A DNA stretch of 63,508 bases, counting the filler. It is 6 parts of 6 records of this genome, joined end to end, with 100 filler letters (N's around TTAATTAATTAA, not from the genome) between each part and the next. Parts side by side here need not be neighbours in the genome. Positions count along the whole stretch, not along the records: positions 28,657 to 45,666 come from SRR31156797_17664; 5 more parts are not named here. One strand, given 5' to 3'. The notes under the pieces were generated by a model. It was not told where the DNA came from. It ran no database searches and saw only the letters and a list, made by a program, of their open reading frames with translations. The translations under genes and the position numbers were made by a program. Within the stretch, counting starts at the first letter, position 1. The number at the start of each line of letters is the position of its first letter. Of this stretch, positions 28,657 to 39,334 are shown piece after piece.

Positions 28657-31594
28657 TCCCACCAATGACTGCTCCATGTGCATCATTGCCCCTAAACTAG
28701 TCGAATGCGGTCGACACCCTGATATCCACATCATGACCCTGAGCAAGGTCTTGGACATTGATGGTGAAGCGGGAAACTTTACAGTCAGAGTAAAAGAATA
28801 CCCACGCTATGTTGATCAGCAAAAATGCATTGCCTGTGGCCTGTGCTCAGATGTCTGTCCTGTAAAAGTTGATGATCCCTTCAACGAAGGGATGACTATC
28901 CGCAAAGCTATCCATATTAAGTACCCCCAGGCTGTTCCCCTGAAATACCAAATAGACCAGCAAGCCTGCATCCAGCTTAATGGACCAGGCCGATGCGGTG
29001 CCTGTGCACAGGTTTGCCCAGCTGACGCAGTCAATTTTGATGACCGTGAGCAAAAACACACCCTCCGTGTCGGGGCCATTATTCTGGCCCCTGGTTTCCG
29101 TCCTTTTGATCCCCAAAAAAATCATATATGGGGATTTGGTCAATATCCCAACGTAGTAACCTCTCTGCAGCTAGAACGAATCCTGGCGTCTACCGGCCCT
29201 ACCGGCGGCAAACTTACCCGGCCTTCAGACGACAAACCAGTTAAAAAAGTGGCTTTCTTACAATGCGTCGGCAGCCGAGACAAGAACCGCTGCAACAATG
29301 AGTACTGCTCCTCAGTGTGCTGCATGAGTGCCATCAAGGAAGCAGTTATCATCAAAGAGCAGCTGCAAGATGCAGAAGTAACCATTTACCACAGCGATGT
29401 GCGGACCCACGGCAAAGATTTCGATCGTTTCTTTATCCAAGCAAAAGATGAGCACAATATTCACTTTATCCGAGCCAAGGTTCACGGCGTACAACCCAAG
29501 GATAAAAAGGGAACCCTACTTATCCATTATGTTAACGAAGAAGGACGACAGGTTGACAGACCCGTAGACCTGGTAGTCCTTTCGATTGGGATGGAAACCC
29601 CAGATTCTGCAATCAGGCTTACCGAAAAATTGGGGGTGCACATTACTCCTGACCGTTTTGCCTCTATATCTGCATTTATGCCTGTTTCGTCATCAAAAAA
29701 AGGTATATTTGCCTGTGGAGCCTTCAACGGCCCCAGGGATATTCCCCAATCAGTGATCGGCGGCTCCGCTGCTGCTGCATGCGCCTCGATGCTTCTGACC
29801 ACAGCCCGCCATACTCAAACGGATCGGCTGGCCCCCACAGTGGAAACGAAAAAGGATTTAACCAAACCACGTACAGGAGTATTTATTTGTCACTGCGGGT
29901 CAAACATTGCCGATGTTATTGATGTCCTTAGGCTTGCTGAGTATGCCAAGGCTTTACCCGGTGTAGTCTATGTTGACCAAAATCTTTTTGCCTGTGCCCA
30001 GGATAACCAACAATACATTGCCAAGCAGGTCAGAGAAAAAGACCTTAACCGCATCGTCATCGCGGCCTGCAGCCCACAGACCCACGAAGAGCTCTTTCGA
30101 AAAACGCTGCGTTCTGCAGGTGTAAACGAATACCTGATCGAAATGGCCAATATCCGGAACCAGGACGCCTGGGTCCACCGACATCAACCGGAAAAGGCAA
30201 CGGTAAAAGCCCAAGACCTTGTCAGGATGGCCGTTGCCAAAATTGCGCTGCAGCAACCGCTGCATCCCGTCCGGATACCGGTTATCCCGGAAGCTCTGAT
30301 TATAGGCGGCGGCGTGTCTGGAATGACGGCTGCCCTCAACCTCGCCAAACAAGGATTCCCGGTTCATCTTATTGAAAAATCCAACCTCCTTGGTGGCAAT
30401 GCGCTCCATCTCTTCCAGACGTGGAACGGCGAACATGTTCCCCGTTATTTGAAAGAACTGCAGGAACAAATCTATGAGCAGGATAAAATCACCGTTCATC
30501 TCAAGGCAGCAGTAACCGATTCATCCGGCCAAGCCGGACACTTTAAAAGCACTATCAAAACAGCCAATGGGCGAAAAAAAATAATCGAGCACGGTGCCGT
30601 CATTCTAACCACCGGCGGGAAACGCTATATCCCCGAAGAATTTGGGTATGGAAAGATACCAAATGTGGTTGCCTCCATCGAGTTTGACAAACTCCACATG
30701 CACAATGAAATGCGGGTTGCCCACGGCAAGTCATTTGTGTTTATCCAGTGTGTAGGATCTCGCAACAAACTACGGCCCTACTGTTCAAAATCCTGCTGCA
30801 CCCACTCCATCCAAAGCGCGATCAAACTTAAGCAGGAGGTCCCCTCCAGACGGATCTATATTCTCTATCGGGAAATCAGAACCTATGGTCAGCGAGAGAG
30901 AATATACAACCAGGCAAGAGAAATGGGGATTATCTTTATCAATTATGAGCTCCAGGGCCCTCCGGCTATCTCAGAAGGTGAGAACGGCCTCATCGTCACC
31001 ACCCACGACCATATCCTCCACAGAGCCATGGAGATAGAAACAGACATGGTGGTGCTCGCCTCAGCGACACTTGCCAACCCTGAAAGCCAAGACCTGGCGC
31101 AGCTGTTTAAACTCCCTTTAAGCAGTGATGGTTTCTTTCAGGAGGCGCATGCCAAACTCCGGCCAGTAGAATTTCACACCAATGGTGTTTTTGTAGCCGG
31201 GCTTGCGCATTACCCGAAACCGCTCGAAGAATCTATATCACAGGCCTTGGCGGCCGCCTCTAAGGCGACAGCACTCCTGGCTCAAGAGAGCGTGGAACAG
31301 GAAGCCATAATCGCCCATGTTGACCCAGCCCACTGCGACGGATGTGCCATATGCATTGATGTTTGCCCCTACGAGGCCATACGTCTCATTGACCTTGTGG
31401 CCAAAGACGGCACTGTAAACAAAAGCATCGAAATAGACCCGGCCCTCTGTAAAGGATGCGGCATCTGTCAAGGCGCTTGCCCCAAACGCGGGGTATACAT
31501 TACCGGGTACACCTATGAACAGCTGCTGGCTCAGGTTGATGCAGCTCTGGCACCTTTAGAGCATAATCCTGCTGACATCTCAAAAAACGAATAA
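28657..31594 (+). CDS. hdrA: Heterodisulfide reductase subunit A, long form (5' end truncated)
   Basis: Reads from the contig edge PTNDCSMCIIAPK; two QCVGSR...YCS..CC motifs; several CxxCxxCxxxCP ferredoxin motifs; CHCGSNIA; ACSP; IGGGVSG. Confidence 0.93.
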
Positions 31595-31598
31595 GACC

Positions 31599-32000
31599 AT
31601 GGATAATGACGTAAAAATCATCGCCTTCTGCTGCAACTGGTGCTCGTATGCCGCTGCTGACCTGGCAGGAATATCCCGCATCCAGTACCCATGTTCAGTT
31701 CGTATCATTCGAGTAATGTGTTCAGGCATGGTGCACCCGGATATGATCCTCCACGCTCTTAATCAAGGAGCAGATGGGGTCATGCTTATTGGCTGCCGAT
31801 TTGGTGAATGCCACTACCAGGATGGGAACAATAAGGCTCTTGCCCGTGTGGAAATTTTGGAAGAAATACTTACCGACCTTGGATACCAAAAAGAACAACT
31901 GCAGACAACATGGCTCTCAGCCACTGAGCCCAACCTTCTCGTTGATGCTGTGTACGACATGAACGAGCGGTTGCTTGAACTCAAATCAGCAGGAAAATAA
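31599..32000 (+). CDS. mvhD: MvhD / FlpD [2Fe-2S] subunit
   Basis: FCCNWCSYAAADLAG, RVMCSG, GADGV..GC..GECHY..GN. Confidence 0.93.
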   Translation: MDNDVKIIAFCCNWCSYAAADLAGISRIQYPCSVRIIRVMCSGMVHPDMILHALNQGADGVMLIGCRFGECHYQDGNNKALARVEILEEILTDLGYQKEQLQTTWLSATEPNLLVDAVYDMNERLLELKSAGK

Positions 32001-32058
32001 CCTCACCTGTCAGTTAAAATTACCAGAAGGTGGAGCCCCAAATGCCCGGAGAATAGCC

Positions 32059-32316
32059 ATGGCTGAGAAAAGAAGAAAAAGAAAGGTCCGTAAACCAATT
32101 AGAGCGGAATGCCCAGGTTGTGCCTGCGGCTACGTCGGCCACATGACTGCCGACGAGCTGAAAGAACGAGCAGCCCATGACGATGTAGACCTTGCCTGTC
32201 CGGCTTGCGGCCTCATCCACTTAAGCCAGGAAGAGATAGAAGAGCTCGAACAGCATCGAGTTGTTGACTCACCACGCTATCTGGAAATCAAGAAAGAGGC
32301 AGAGGCCGTCCGGTAA
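32059..32316 (+). CDS. Hypothetical 85-aa Cys-rich metal-binding protein
   Basis: GGAGA RBS then MAEKRRKRK...CPGCACG...CPACG; co-oriented between mvhD and hypF. Confidence 0.65.
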   Translation: MAEKRRKRKVRKPIRAECPGCACGYVGHMTADELKERAAHDDVDLACPACGLIHLSQEEIEELEQHRVVDSPRYLEIKKEAEAVR

Positions 32317-32402
32317 CACCGGCAGCATATTTTACCCCCTTGCCCTGGCTTTCCTCCTGCTTAACAAATATTGCCCAATAACCTGATCTGAACAAATGGT
32401 CC

Positions 32403-34724
32403 ATGCAGAAAGCTGACAACAGCACCCAGACCCTTGCCATTCAAATTAACGGGATTGTTCAAGGCGTAGGATTTCGCCCTTTTGTCTACAAACTGGCCAC
32501 ATCGCTCAAACTGGCGGGAACTGTTTCCAATTCAGGAGACGGAGTGCATATCATGGCATCAGGGGGAGCCTCCAGCCTGACCGATTTCACCCAAAGAGTG
32601 CAGCTGGAAGCACCTCCCATGGCAGAAATCACCTCCATTTCAACAACAAAACTACCAACTGACTGCAGCCACCAACAGTTTACCATTGTTGCCAGCCAGC
32701 ACCAGAGCGTGGCAACGGTCCCGATCACCCCGGACATTGCCGCCTGCAGGGAATGTCTCCAGGAAATATTCGACCCTTATGATCGTCGCCACGGCTACCC
32801 TTTTACAAACTGCACCAACTGCGGCCCCCGATTTACCATTGTTGAAAAGATCCCCTATGACCGCCCGCACACTTCCATGCGCCATTTCCCCATGTGCGCC
32901 CAATGCGAGCAGGAGTATAACGACCCCCTTGACCGACGTTTCCACGCGCAGCCCAACGCCTGCCCGACATGCGGGCCGCAACTCAGCTGGCATGCTCAGA
33001 ACGGTTTAGAGCTAGCGACTGAAGACTGTATAGGCTCAGCTGCTCAGGCTCTTACAGAGGGCATGATTGTAGCCATTAAGGGGTTAGGCGGGTTTCACCT
33101 GGCTGCTGACGCTGACTCAACGGAAGCTGTTGCTCTTTTACGTCAAAGAAAAAGGAGGCCTGAAAAACCGCTTGCGATAATGGTCGCAGATCGGGAAAAA
33201 GCAAAACTTTTTTGTACCGTATCAGAACTAGAGAGCGATCTTCTTACCTCCCCGCAGCACCCGATCGTGCTGCTGGAGAAAAAAAGCAGTAATCACCTTG
33301 CTGACAATCTCGCCGACGGCCTAGGCGTATTAGGGGTAATGCTTGCCTACACACCTCTCCATGCATTACTCCTAGCCCACCCTTTAGGACCTGATGCACT
33401 GGTAATGACCAGCGGCAATGCCGCAGATGAGCCTATCTGCACTCAAAACGGAGAAGCCCTGCAGCGACTCCATAACTTTGCAGATTATTTCCTGCTCCAT
33501 AACCGTGCCATTGTAACCAGGGTTGACGACTCCATTGCCAGAGTAATAGGCGGCAAAGTACGCCTTTTACGACGTGGCCGCGGCTACTCGCCTGTGCCCA
33601 TACCCATTGAACAAACATCTGATATACTTGCCTGTGGTGCAGAAATGAAAAACACCTTCTGCATTGTCCGCAACAACGAGGCCTACCTCAGTCAACACAT
33701 AGGAGAGCTTTCCCACCTTGCGAGTTTTGATTTTTATACGGAAAGCATCAGGCACCTGCAAACTATCCTCGAATTCAAGCCCCAGGCAACAGCCTGCGAC
33801 CTCCACCCAGATTACCCCAGCACTCGCTATGCCAACCTACTGCAGGTGGACGGCACCACTGTTCAGCACCACCACGCCCATACCGGTGCTGTCATGGCTG
33901 AACATAGACTTGAGCAGCCAGTATTAAGTGTAGTCCTTGACGGCACCGGATTTGGTGATGATAGTACCATATTCGGTGGAGAGATCTATATCGCGGACAG
34001 AAAAGGCTACCAACGCAAGGGACGCCTTTCCCATCTGCCGCTGCCTGGAGGAGATAAGGCTGCCCAGGAGCCTTGGCGCATGGCGCTTGCCCTACTCTAT
34101 CAAAACTCCGGCCAACAGGGGCTTACCCAGCAATCATTACCCCATTGGCTGCAAACACTGGAAAAACATAAACGAAACACCATTGGTCAGATGCTCGAAA
34201 AAAGTATCAACTGTCCCCTTACTTCAAGCTGTGGGCGGCTCTTTGATGCCGCTGCAGCACTGATCGGAACATGCCTTTACGCAACCTACGAGGGACAGGC
34301 TGCAATGCTGCTAGAGCAACAGGCTCAATCATATGCTGCCGGCCAGGCAATGAAAACCTGGAGACCAAACACCAGCTACCCCCCGGGCTTGAAAAAAAAT
34401 AAAGACTTATGGGTGCTTGATTCCCTCCCACTGGCGCAATGGATACTGGAAGATCTTAACCACAAGGTCTCCCCACAAGAGATAGCTTATCGATTCCACT
34501 GGTGGCTTATACATGGCCTAGGCATGGTGGTTGAAAAAGTTCGCAAAAAGTATAAGATAAACACAATCGTCCTTTGCGGCGGCTCCATGCAAAACAAATT
34601 GTTATTTGAAGGACTCGACACCACTTTGCGAGAAAAAAAGTTTACTGTCTACAGCGGTGAAAAAATCCCTGTGAATGACGGCGGTATTTCCCTTGGCCAG
34701 GCCTACATTGCCGGCTCCCCATAA
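32403..34724 (+). CDS. hypF: Carbamoyltransferase HypF
   Basis: GIVQGVGFRPF, two Zn fingers (CTNCGPR, CPTCGP), KGLGGFHL, QHHHAH, NDGGISLGQ. Confidence 0.97.
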   Translation: MQKADNSTQTLAIQINGIVQGVGFRPFVYKLATSLKLAGTVSNSGDGVHIMASGGASSLTDFTQRVQLEAPPMAEITSISTTKLPTDCSHQQFTIVASQHQSVATVPITPDIAACRECLQEIFDPYDRRHGYPFTNCTNCGPRFTIVEKIPYDRPHTSMRHFPMCAQCEQEYNDPLDRRFHAQPNACPTCGPQLSWHAQNGLELATEDCIGSAAQALTEGMIVAIKGLGGFHLAADADSTEAVALLRQRKRRPEKPLAIMVADREKAKLFCTVSELESDLLTSPQHPIVLLEKKSSNHLADNLADGLGVLGVMLAYTPLHALLLAHPLGPDALVMTSGNAADEPICTQNGEALQRLHNFADYFLLHNRAIVTRVDDSIARVIGGKVRLLRRGRGYSPVPIPIEQTSDILACGAEMKNTFCIVRNNEAYLSQHIGELSHLASFDFYTESIRHLQTILEFKPQATACDLHPDYPSTRYANLLQVDGTTVQHHHAHTGAVMAEHRLEQPVLSVVLDGTGFGDDSTIFGGEIYIADRKGYQRKGRLSHLPLPGGDKAAQEPWRMALALLYQNSGQQGLTQQSLPHWLQTLEKHKRNTIGQMLEKSINCPLTSSCGRLFDAAAALIGTCLYATYEGQAAMLLEQQAQSYAAGQAMKTWRPNTSYPPGLKKNKDLWVLDSLPLAQWILEDLNHKVSPQEIAYRFHWWLIHGLGMVVEKVRKKYKINTIVLCGGSMQNKLLFEGLDTTLREKKFTVYSGEKIPVNDGGISLGQAYIAGSP

Positions 34725-34811
34725 CACGAGATGTTCGAGGGGCAGGCAGTGCCAGGCTTTTACCATACCAAAGATACAAAACGAATAAGAACAATAAGGA
34801 AGGAGTAAATA

Positions 34812-35090
34812 ATGTGCCTAGCAATACCAATGCAAGTAGTAGAACTCAAGGGGACCGAGGACGACTTCCTGGACCCCCTCGTGGCCCTGGTGAATGCAGA
34901 TGGCATTCAAAAAGAAATTCGCCTGGAAATGGCTGACCGTCCCCCAAAGATAGGTGAGTATGTCATAATCCATGCTGGATTTGCCATCCACACCCTCACC
35001 GAAGAAGAGGCACAAATTAATCTCGACTTAATGCGCCAAATGGCAGAAGGCCTGGAAAAAGAAGGACGCCTCCCTGGACCGGCCTCATGA
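34812..35090 (+). CDS. hypC: Hydrogenase chaperone HypC
   Basis: MCLAIP N-terminus; GEYVIIHAGFAI. Confidence 0.95.
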   Translation: MCLAIPMQVVELKGTEDDFLDPLVALVNADGIQKEIRLEMADRPPKIGEYVIIHAGFAIHTLTEEEAQINLDLMRQMAEGLEKEGRLPGPAS

Positions 35091-36175
35091 AATGTGCTGA
35101 CGAATTCAGAAGTCGTGACATTACCGCGCCTTTACTTGCAGAACTTAACAACTGCCTGGCCAAACCGGTAAGAATCATGGAGGTGTGCGGCACCCATACC
35201 ATGTCCATCTTCAGGCATGGTATTCGCTCCCTCCTGCCGAAAGAGATCACGCTGCTTTCCGGCCCAGGATGCCCGGTTTGCGTCACTCCAGCCAGCCATA
35301 TTGACTCCTTTATTGATGCTGCAGACCAGCCTGATGTGATCGTTGCCACCTTTGGTGACCTCATAAGGGTACCGGGAAGTAAAAAATCTCTTGCCGCTGC
35401 GCGGGCAGAAGGTGCCAGGGTAGAGGTTGTTTACTCCCCCATGGATGCCGTGGAACTGGCCCGCAATGAAAAAAATAAAAAAATTATTTTCCCCGCCATC
35501 GGATTTGAAACAACAGTGCCAACCATAGCGGCCACAATTCTGGTAGCAGAACAACAGCAGCTTGACAATTTTTTTATTATCAGCGCCGGCAAAACCATGC
35601 CGAAGCCCCTGGAGCTGCTTATGTCGGATCCAGCGCTGGAAGTGGACGGGCTCCTCTGCCCTGGACACGTCAGTGCTATTATCGGTGCCAACGCTTATCA
35701 GCCGCTTGCGGAAAAATACAACTTAAGCTGCGCAGTGGCAGGCTTTGAACCGGCCGATATAATCGCCGGCCTGCTTAGCATTGTCAAACAAATAAACAAA
35801 GGCCAACCGCAAGTTGACAACTGCTACACCCGCGTTGTAACAGACAAGGGAAACCTCAAAGCCCAAGAATTGATCAATCATGTTTTTATCGCTAAAGACA
35901 GTGAGTGGCGCGGCCTTGGCATCATTCCCGGAAGCGGTTTACAATTAAGGGAAAAATTTGCAAAATTCGATGCACTCAAGAAACTTGACATCCCCATTAA
36001 GCCAACCGAAGACCCAAAAGGCTGCAAGTGCGGCGACATCCTTAAAGGACTAATGCTGCCGCCTGACTGCCCTCTCTACGGAAAACGCTGTACCCCTCTC
36101 CAGCCAGTTGGCCCCTGCATGGTCTCCAACGAAGGAACCTGTGCAGCTTACCATCGATATAGTGAAAAAAAGTAA
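35087..36175 (+). CDS. hypD: Hydrogenase maturation protein HypD
   Basis: MEVCGTHT, GPGCPVC, GFETT, PGHVS, GPCMVSNEGTCAA. Confidence 0.97.
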   Translation: MKCADEFRSRDITAPLLAELNNCLAKPVRIMEVCGTHTMSIFRHGIRSLLPKEITLLSGPGCPVCVTPASHIDSFIDAADQPDVIVATFGDLIRVPGSKKSLAAARAEGARVEVVYSPMDAVELARNEKNKKIIFPAIGFETTVPTIAATILVAEQQQLDNFFIISAGKTMPKPLELLMSDPALEVDGLLCPGHVSAIIGANAYQPLAEKYNLSCAVAGFEPADIIAGLLSIVKQINKGQPQVDNCYTRVVTDKGNLKAQELINHVFIAKDSEWRGLGIIPGSGLQLREKFAKFDALKKLDIPIKPTEDPKGCKCGDILKGLMLPPDCPLYGKRCTPLQPVGPCMVSNEGTCAAYHRYSEKK

Positions 36176-36194
36176 CCCGAGTAAAACGAAATTT

Positions 36195-37214
36195 ATGAGA
36201 ACAAAGACAACAGTAAGCCTTGACCACGGAAGCGGAGGCCTTGCCAGCCAGAACCTGATCAGCAACCTGTTCCTGAAGTATCTTACAAGCCCGGCTCTGC
36301 ACGAACTCGAAGACTGCGCAGTACTTGATGAGCACCATGGCAGGATCGCTATGACCACGGACAGTTATGTGGTTGACCCGCTTTTTTTCCCTGGGGGCAA
36401 CATCGGTGAACTGGCAATAAACGGCACCATTAACGACTTGGCAATGCGCGGAGCATGCCCAGTAGCACTCAGCCTGGGACTGATCATTGAAGAAGGATTC
36501 TTAATGGAAGCCCTGGAAAAAATTATTAGATCCATTGCCGAAGCTTCAAACGCTGCCAATGTAGCCGTCGTTACCGGAGACACTAAGGTTGTGCCCAAAG
36601 GCAAGGCCGACGGAATATTTATCAACACCAGTGGTGTGGGTATTGTCTCGCACCGCTATAACATTTCTGGTACCCAGGCAAAACCGGGAGACACAGTCCT
36701 CGTCTCAGGCTCCGTTGCTGACCATGGCATTACCATAATGAGCAGCCAGGCCGGAATCTCGATTGGCGGCGATATCAAGAGCGACACCCGGCCACTTCAT
36801 AATCTAGTAGCAGCAGTTCTTGAAGAGGCACACTCTGCCACTCACGTTATGCGCGACCCAACCAGAGGAGGCGTTGCCACTACCCTGTGCGAGATAGCTT
36901 CTGCATCCAAGGTTGAAATCACTCTGGAGGAGAATCAGCTCCCAATTAAGGCATCGGTCAACGCGGCATGCGAACTCATCGGTCTTGACCCACTGTACTT
37001 GGCCAATGAAGGTAAATGTCTTGTAATTTGCGATCCAGCGCAGGCAGAAAATATTTTGCAAACTATGCGCCAATGCCCGCAAGGCAGAAATGCCGCCGCC
37101 ATAGGAACGGTAACCGGCAAGGCTGAGCATGGAAGAGTGACACTAACAACCACCATAGGCGGCAAGCGTCTCCTTGAGCCCCTTACCGGCGAGCCACTTC
37201 CACGAATATGCTGA
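36195..37214 (+). CDS. hypE: Hydrogenase maturation protein HypE
   Basis: HGSGG, TTDSYVVDP, GDTKVV, RDPTRGG, C-terminal PRIC. Start moved to ATG 36195. Confidence 0.97.
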   Translation: MRTKTTVSLDHGSGGLASQNLISNLFLKYLTSPALHELEDCAVLDEHHGRIAMTTDSYVVDPLFFPGGNIGELAINGTINDLAMRGACPVALSLGLIIEEGFLMEALEKIIRSIAEASNAANVAVVTGDTKVVPKGKADGIFINTSGVGIVSHRYNISGTQAKPGDTVLVSGSVADHGITIMSSQAGISIGGDIKSDTRPLHNLVAAVLEEAHSATHVMRDPTRGGVATTLCEIASASKVEITLEENQLPIKASVNAACELIGLDPLYLANEGKCLVICDPAQAENILQTMRQCPQGRNAAAIGTVTGKAEHGRVTLTTTIGGKRLLEPLTGEPLPRIC

Positions 37215-37253
37215 CTGCAGCCTTCAACAGATACCGACGAGTACGACAACACC

Positions 37254-37640
37254 ATGCATGAACTTTCTCTTGCCCAAAACCTGATTGACCAACTCCTGCA
37301 GTTATCCGAGCAGCATGAGGCTAAAACCGTTGCCAAAGTAACAGTCATGATCGGTCCTTTTTCAGGTATTGTTGTAGAATCCTTTGCCTTTGGCTTCAAC
37401 GCCTTGAAACAGGACCATCCTCCCACTACCGACGCCCTGCTCATACTGGAGACTCCTGCACCTGAATATACCTGCCTCGACTGCAACACAATCAACACCG
37501 GGGAGGCAAGAACTGCTGATGGCCACCCAAAAGCTGTCTACGAAACCATAAACGACAAGATCTGCTCTGCATGCGGATCAAACCGCCTCTCGCCCAATGG
37601 AGGCGCTGAGCTCATACTAAAACAACTTGAAATGGAGTAA
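37254..37640 (+). CDS. hypA: Nickel metallochaperone HypA
   Basis: MHELS N-terminus, two CxxC motifs. Confidence 0.95.
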   Translation: MHELSLAQNLIDQLLQLSEQHEAKTVAKVTVMIGPFSGIVVESFAFGFNALKQDHPPTTDALLILETPAPEYTCLDCNTINTGEARTADGHPKAVYETINDKICSACGSNRLSPNGGAELILKQLEME

Positions 37641-37645
37641 CTACG

Positions 37646-38356
37646 ATGTGCGATGTATGCGGCTGCCAACTACATGACCACCATCATTCTGACAATAAAA
37701 TCGTTGAAGTGAACCAGAGCCTGTTGAAAGCAAACCAGAAGCAGGCAGCATCCAATAAAACCCACATTGAAAAAATGGGGGCCATAGCCATTAACCTGAT
37801 TTCCAGCCCCGGATCAGGAAAAACGACCCTCCTTGAAAGAACCATTGACGAGCTGGGTGACAGTATCAAAATAGGCGTGATCGAGGGTGACATCGAAACA
37901 GAACGCGACGCGGACAGAATTCGAGCTAAAGGTGTTCCTGCTGTTCAGTTGACTACGGGTGGTGCCTGTCATCTGGATGCACCCATGGTTCATGGCGGCC
38001 TTCATGTGCTGGAGCACCTTGGTAAAGGGACAGGGTTTGACATTATATTTATTGAAAATGTCGGCAATCTTGTCTGCCCGGCGACCTTTGACCTGGGCGA
38101 ACACCAACGGGCCATCCTCCTCTCGGTTCCCGAAGGATCAGACAAGCCAGTGAAGTACCCAACTACCTTCAAGGGTGCAGACCTGTTTATAATTACCAAA
38201 ACTGATTTGTATCAGCATTTTGACTTTGACCCTGAAGAGGCAAAAAGTGAAGCCCTAAAAATACAGCCGGACTTGGACATACTTTCTGTGTCTGCGACCA
38301 CCGGCGAGGGCTTTGATCAATGGATTGCCTACCTGAAAGACCTGACTAACAAGTAA
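37646..38356 (+). CDS. hypB: Nickel-incorporation GTPase HypB
   Basis: MCDVCGC + His tract, SPGSGKTT, CHLDA, ENVGNLVCP, KPVKYP. Confidence 0.97.
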   Translation: MCDVCGCQLHDHHHSDNKIVEVNQSLLKANQKQAASNKTHIEKMGAIAINLISSPGSGKTTLLERTIDELGDSIKIGVIEGDIETERDADRIRAKGVPAVQLTTGGACHLDAPMVHGGLHVLEHLGKGTGFDIIFIENVGNLVCPATFDLGEHQRAILLSVPEGSDKPVKYPTTFKGADLFIITKTDLYQHFDFDPEEAKSEALKIQPDLDILSVSATTGEGFDQWIAYLKDLTNK

Positions 38357-38405
38357 TAGCAAGCTCCCACACACAGGTGGTCGACGATGATCTCCGGCCA
38401 CCTCT

Positions 38406-39005
38406 TTACAAAACCAGTACGATTCCCAACATCAATGCCATCTCAACCGTTTCACCGTCTTTCTGGGCCTGCCAACTCAACTCCCAGCCAAGTGCATTAC
38501 ACAGCGCACCGACATTAACCCCCATCCCTGAAACGGAAAACCTGGCTTTATCTGGAAACCTACAAGGTTGACCAGAGTGCAGCACCCTGCAAGCCTGATC
38601 TGCAGGACAAAACAACTCCTTGCATGATCCAGCCGCTACGCCCAGTGCCTTAGAAAAACCAAGGGGAACAGTAGCCAACTCTACCGCTGCAGCAACCTCA
38701 TGGATATTTTTCGCCACCTTCAGCCGACCGTTACCAGCAAGTACTGCAGCTGCGACATCTCGGGTAAAGATCAATACCGATTCATACCCATCCAGGATTG
38801 TGCGAAAACAGCTCGGTGACATAACGTGCGGCGGGCACCCTGGCGCAAGTCCATAACTTGGGCAGCGAGGTGACTGGCACATAACTGCAAACCGATCTTC
38901 TACAACCAACTTTGACGAAGGCAACCACGCAACCCTGCTTGCACCACTTTCAATCGCAAAATCCAGCAATCTCTGCCTCCTACTTTCGCCCTGAACCACC
39001 TTCAC
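38406..39005 (-). CDS. DUF2284-family predicted metal-binding protein
   Basis: C..PRCPSYG....CPPH, AGSCKELFC, CRFPDKARFSVSGMGVNV. Confidence 0.8.
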   Translation of the reverse strand: MKVVQGESRRQRLLDFAIESGASRVAWLPSSKLVVEDRFAVMCQSPRCPSYGLAPGCPPHVMSPSCFRTILDGYESVLIFTRDVAAAVLAGNGRLKVAKNIHEVAAAVELATVPLGFSKALGVAAGSCKELFCPADQACRVLHSGQPCRFPDKARFSVSGMGVNVGALCNALGWELSWQAQKDGETVEMALMLGIVLVL

Positions 39006-39211
39006 CTCCGCATCACAATCCGAATATTGTTAACAGCACCCACGATAGAACAAGCGCCTACCACAGAGTAACAGCCCACTCCCAAAAAAAACAGGAGAGA
39101 CGTGAAAATTTAACTATGCAAACTGTGCATAGTATGCTAAAAAGAATTTAATAGATGCACACATTGATGATCTTCCTGTGACACTCCATCACAATCAATG
39201 GCGTATTGAAT

Positions 39212-39334
39212 TCGGCTTAGTTACCAGAGCAGGCGATACCTTTTGGATCACAGCTGTTGTATACTGTGACACTTCTCCAGAAAATATCACTCAAAACTCC
39301 TTACACCCCTTTTCCTGCTCTGGTAGTTAACCGA
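39212..39334. repeat. ~21-bp imperfect inverted repeat enclosing nested hairpins (candidate sRNA or MITE)
   Basis: TACCAGAGCAGG (39222-39233) perfectly pairs with CCTGCTCTGGTA (39314-39325) and extends outward with G.U pairs; inner TCACAG/CTGTGA hairpin. Confidence 0.5.

Noticed and set aside
28657-32000. Selenocysteine recoding in hdrA or mvhD
   Set aside because: No in-frame TGA; the relevant positions are Cys codons.
39177-39193. TGTGA-N7-TCACA palindrome resembling a CRP/HcpR/Rex site
   Set aside because: The spacer is 7 nt rather than the canonical 6, and no supporting promoter was identified.
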